A stretch of 64,000 nt of DNA, taken from positions 450,391-514,390 of the forward strand of contig MU004203.1 of NCBI GenBank assembly GCA_010093605.1, written 5' to 3'. The DNA is from Lophium mytilinum (lineage: Eukaryota). Of the stretch, positions 61,955-64,000 are shown in pieces. The translations under genes and the position numbers were made by a program. The notes under the pieces were generated by a model. It saw nothing but the letters and a program-made list of their open reading frames with translations. It did not search any database and was not told the DNA's origin. The number at the start of each line of letters is the position of its first letter. Position 1 is the first letter of the stretch.

Positions 61955-63710
61955 ATTTGGACGAGCTTCGACACATACACCAATCTGGGTCAGATTTTGG
62001 AGGATCCTGGGGCACACAATGCTGCCATGAAGGACCTCGCCACTACGAAAAGTTGGAATCTCTTGACGAGGTAAGCTATCAATCATCGGCTTCCTCTGAT
62101 CATGAACTCATCTCTGGATAGATTTGCTTTAGACCACAGCCAAGTCCCAATTCGGTACTTGGACACTGCCTAATAGGTACTTGCTTGCCGCTGTTTGCGG
62201 TGCTCTAGCATACTATCAGAAATCCTATTTATATATCAAAGTCCTTATACCACATACCAGGACCGCGTCAGGTTCTCATGGGCTTTCAAGGGAATACGAG
62301 TCTACTGAAAAGACCTGTCATGACTGTTTCTGTACTCTTACTACTTGATTCAGACATTACGTGAAACATTTTGGCGAAACACGGCAAAGTCGCTCTGCGG
62401 AGGCCGGACTCGTACGCGCGACATTGGATCACATTCGATGTCTCAACGAAGCGACACGTGGGAGGAAGGATAAGGTCCCTGCGTATGGATCCGGGATCAC
62501 TATCTGGAGTCTCATGATGTCTTGATACGCGAGAACAAAGGTTTGCCGCATTCATGGGAAGTGCTGTTTTATGTTGAGCTGATCATAGGAGTCTGTTCGG
62601 AGTTTAGCCTGAGAGTACTGATATTCACGTTGAAACAAATACAGGACTATTTGAATCAAGTTGAAAGGTCTGTGAGCAGACCATGTGACCGCAGTACGAT
62701 GATGCATGGAATTCGACAAGCATAGGTCTTACGGGTTCCAGAAACCCGCAAGCAACAATCGTCATGTCTAGGTTTCTGTTCGCAAGATGAGGACCTGGCC
62801 GGTAGGATTCCGGGAGATGTATTTATGCTAGCGCAAAGGGGGTATACCGAACCTTGTAAACCTTTTTGTTTCTCAGTAGCGCCGATATGTATGCAATGTA
62901 GTATACTTCGATGTCCTCAATATCAGTCCCGAATGCAACCCCTCATACTAACTAGATGGGTGTTTATTAGCGGACCAGATTCCGCCATTTGAATTCCTGG
63001 CACGGTAGCACGTGATGCACCTTCTGCATCCATCCCGCGGCCGATGCCAACCCCTAGCCTCGCATCTCTCATCACGACAGCGGACTTCGACGCCCAGCTT
63101 CCACTCCAAGACACCAAGCTTCCTACTCCAGTCCTACCAAGATTTGTCGACTGCTTGGCAGTCGCTCCAATGGCCCTTTCGCAGTCGTCGGCGGCGCCGC
63201 ACCGCTCACCTGCTCCATGCAGCTCCATGTCGTTAATCTGCGTGCCAGGCCAGACAGCCAATCAAGACCATGTTTCAACTATGCATCTCAACCCACCACG
63301 GTGGCGGCTGATAGGAGCATTCTCGCATGCCCCGCGCGCGCCGGCCAAGACCTGCAGGCACAGGGACGACCGTCCTGGGCATTGTTGCACCGATGATCTT
63401 AGCCCTGTTATGGGAGGTCTCAATTGATTGCAGGGAGTTGCATGTTGTCGCATTGGCAGGTTGCCCAGCAGCCAGATGGCGACATGGTGCTTTATCCGTG
63501 GCCACCAGCGCGGGGAGTATTTATCTTGCCTGGTACCCGGTCGCTGCTGCTGTTGCTTTGAAGTTCATCGCGCGCTCTGAGCTCTGAGACACGCGTTGTC
63601 CTGAGCTGTTGAGATTCTTGTGCGGCTTCATTTTTAGACGTGTCTCTCGCTTTGCATCGTTACAGAGTCTTTCTTCTCGTTCCCGTTATCAATCGCTTTC
63701 ATTCGATAAG

Positions 63711-64000
63711 ATGCGTTGCTCTAGATTGGTCGCCGGGCTTTTGGGCCTGGTGGGAGCTGTCAATTGCTTGACTACCTCCCATGTTGAGATCATGGAGAAG
63801 CTGCGCGGAGTGCCCGAGGGCTGGAAGGCTGCGGAAACTCCGAATCCGAGCAGGAGGATGCACTTCCGTATTGCTCTGACCAAGGTACGCTTCAATTGAT
63901 TGCGCAACCTCTCGCTAGCCTTGAAACCATGCTTGTACATCTATACTAACCGATTCCTCAGTCGAATCAGGCGCTGTTTGAGCAAAGCCTGATCGAAGTG
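63711..64000 (+). CDS. Secreted sedolisin/tripeptidyl-peptidase (S53) prodomain, 5' part, cut by the window end
   Basis: Signal peptide, then EKLRGVPEGW...MHFRIALTK|SNQALFEQSLIEV; intron 63885-63961. Confidence 0.78.

Overview
Gene-dense eukaryotic DNA from a filamentous ascomycete fungus, judged from short GT-AG introns with CTAAC/CTGAC branch sites and the gene families present. The exact class cannot be fixed from sequence alone. I reconstructed about 24 protein-coding genes by hand-splicing across the ORF track. Conserved genes: gamma-glutamyltranspeptidase, Scp1/calponin-homology protein, OSH3, CE16 acetylesterase, cytosolic HSP70, EMI1, VPS13, TFB5, MRF1, YME1, RRP4 and the start of a sedolisin peptidase. 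Variable-family genes: beta-carbonic anhydrase, NmrA-like, GFA, BTB, FAD-linked oxidase, AIM24-family and PLD-superfamily. There are also several orphans. No rRNA, tRNA, CRISPR array or intact transposon is visible. Most notable: (1) a ~10-unit degenerate tandem array of ~185-bp units over the first 1.9 kb; (2) a 95-bp tandem repeat near 8.1-8.4 kb; (3) a TRI12-like MFS transporter with one clear and one probable RIP-like TAG stop; (4) a tail-anchored orphan with a SILK/RVxF-like PP1-docking pair; (5) a 192-codon in-frame N-terminal extension on RRP4; (6) a GC-AG intron in HSP70; (7) a stop codon embedded in a splice donor of the carbonic anhydrase. I cannot support a coherent new multi-gene system. 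The candidates for novelty are these individual elements. All family calls are from motif recognition, not database searches.
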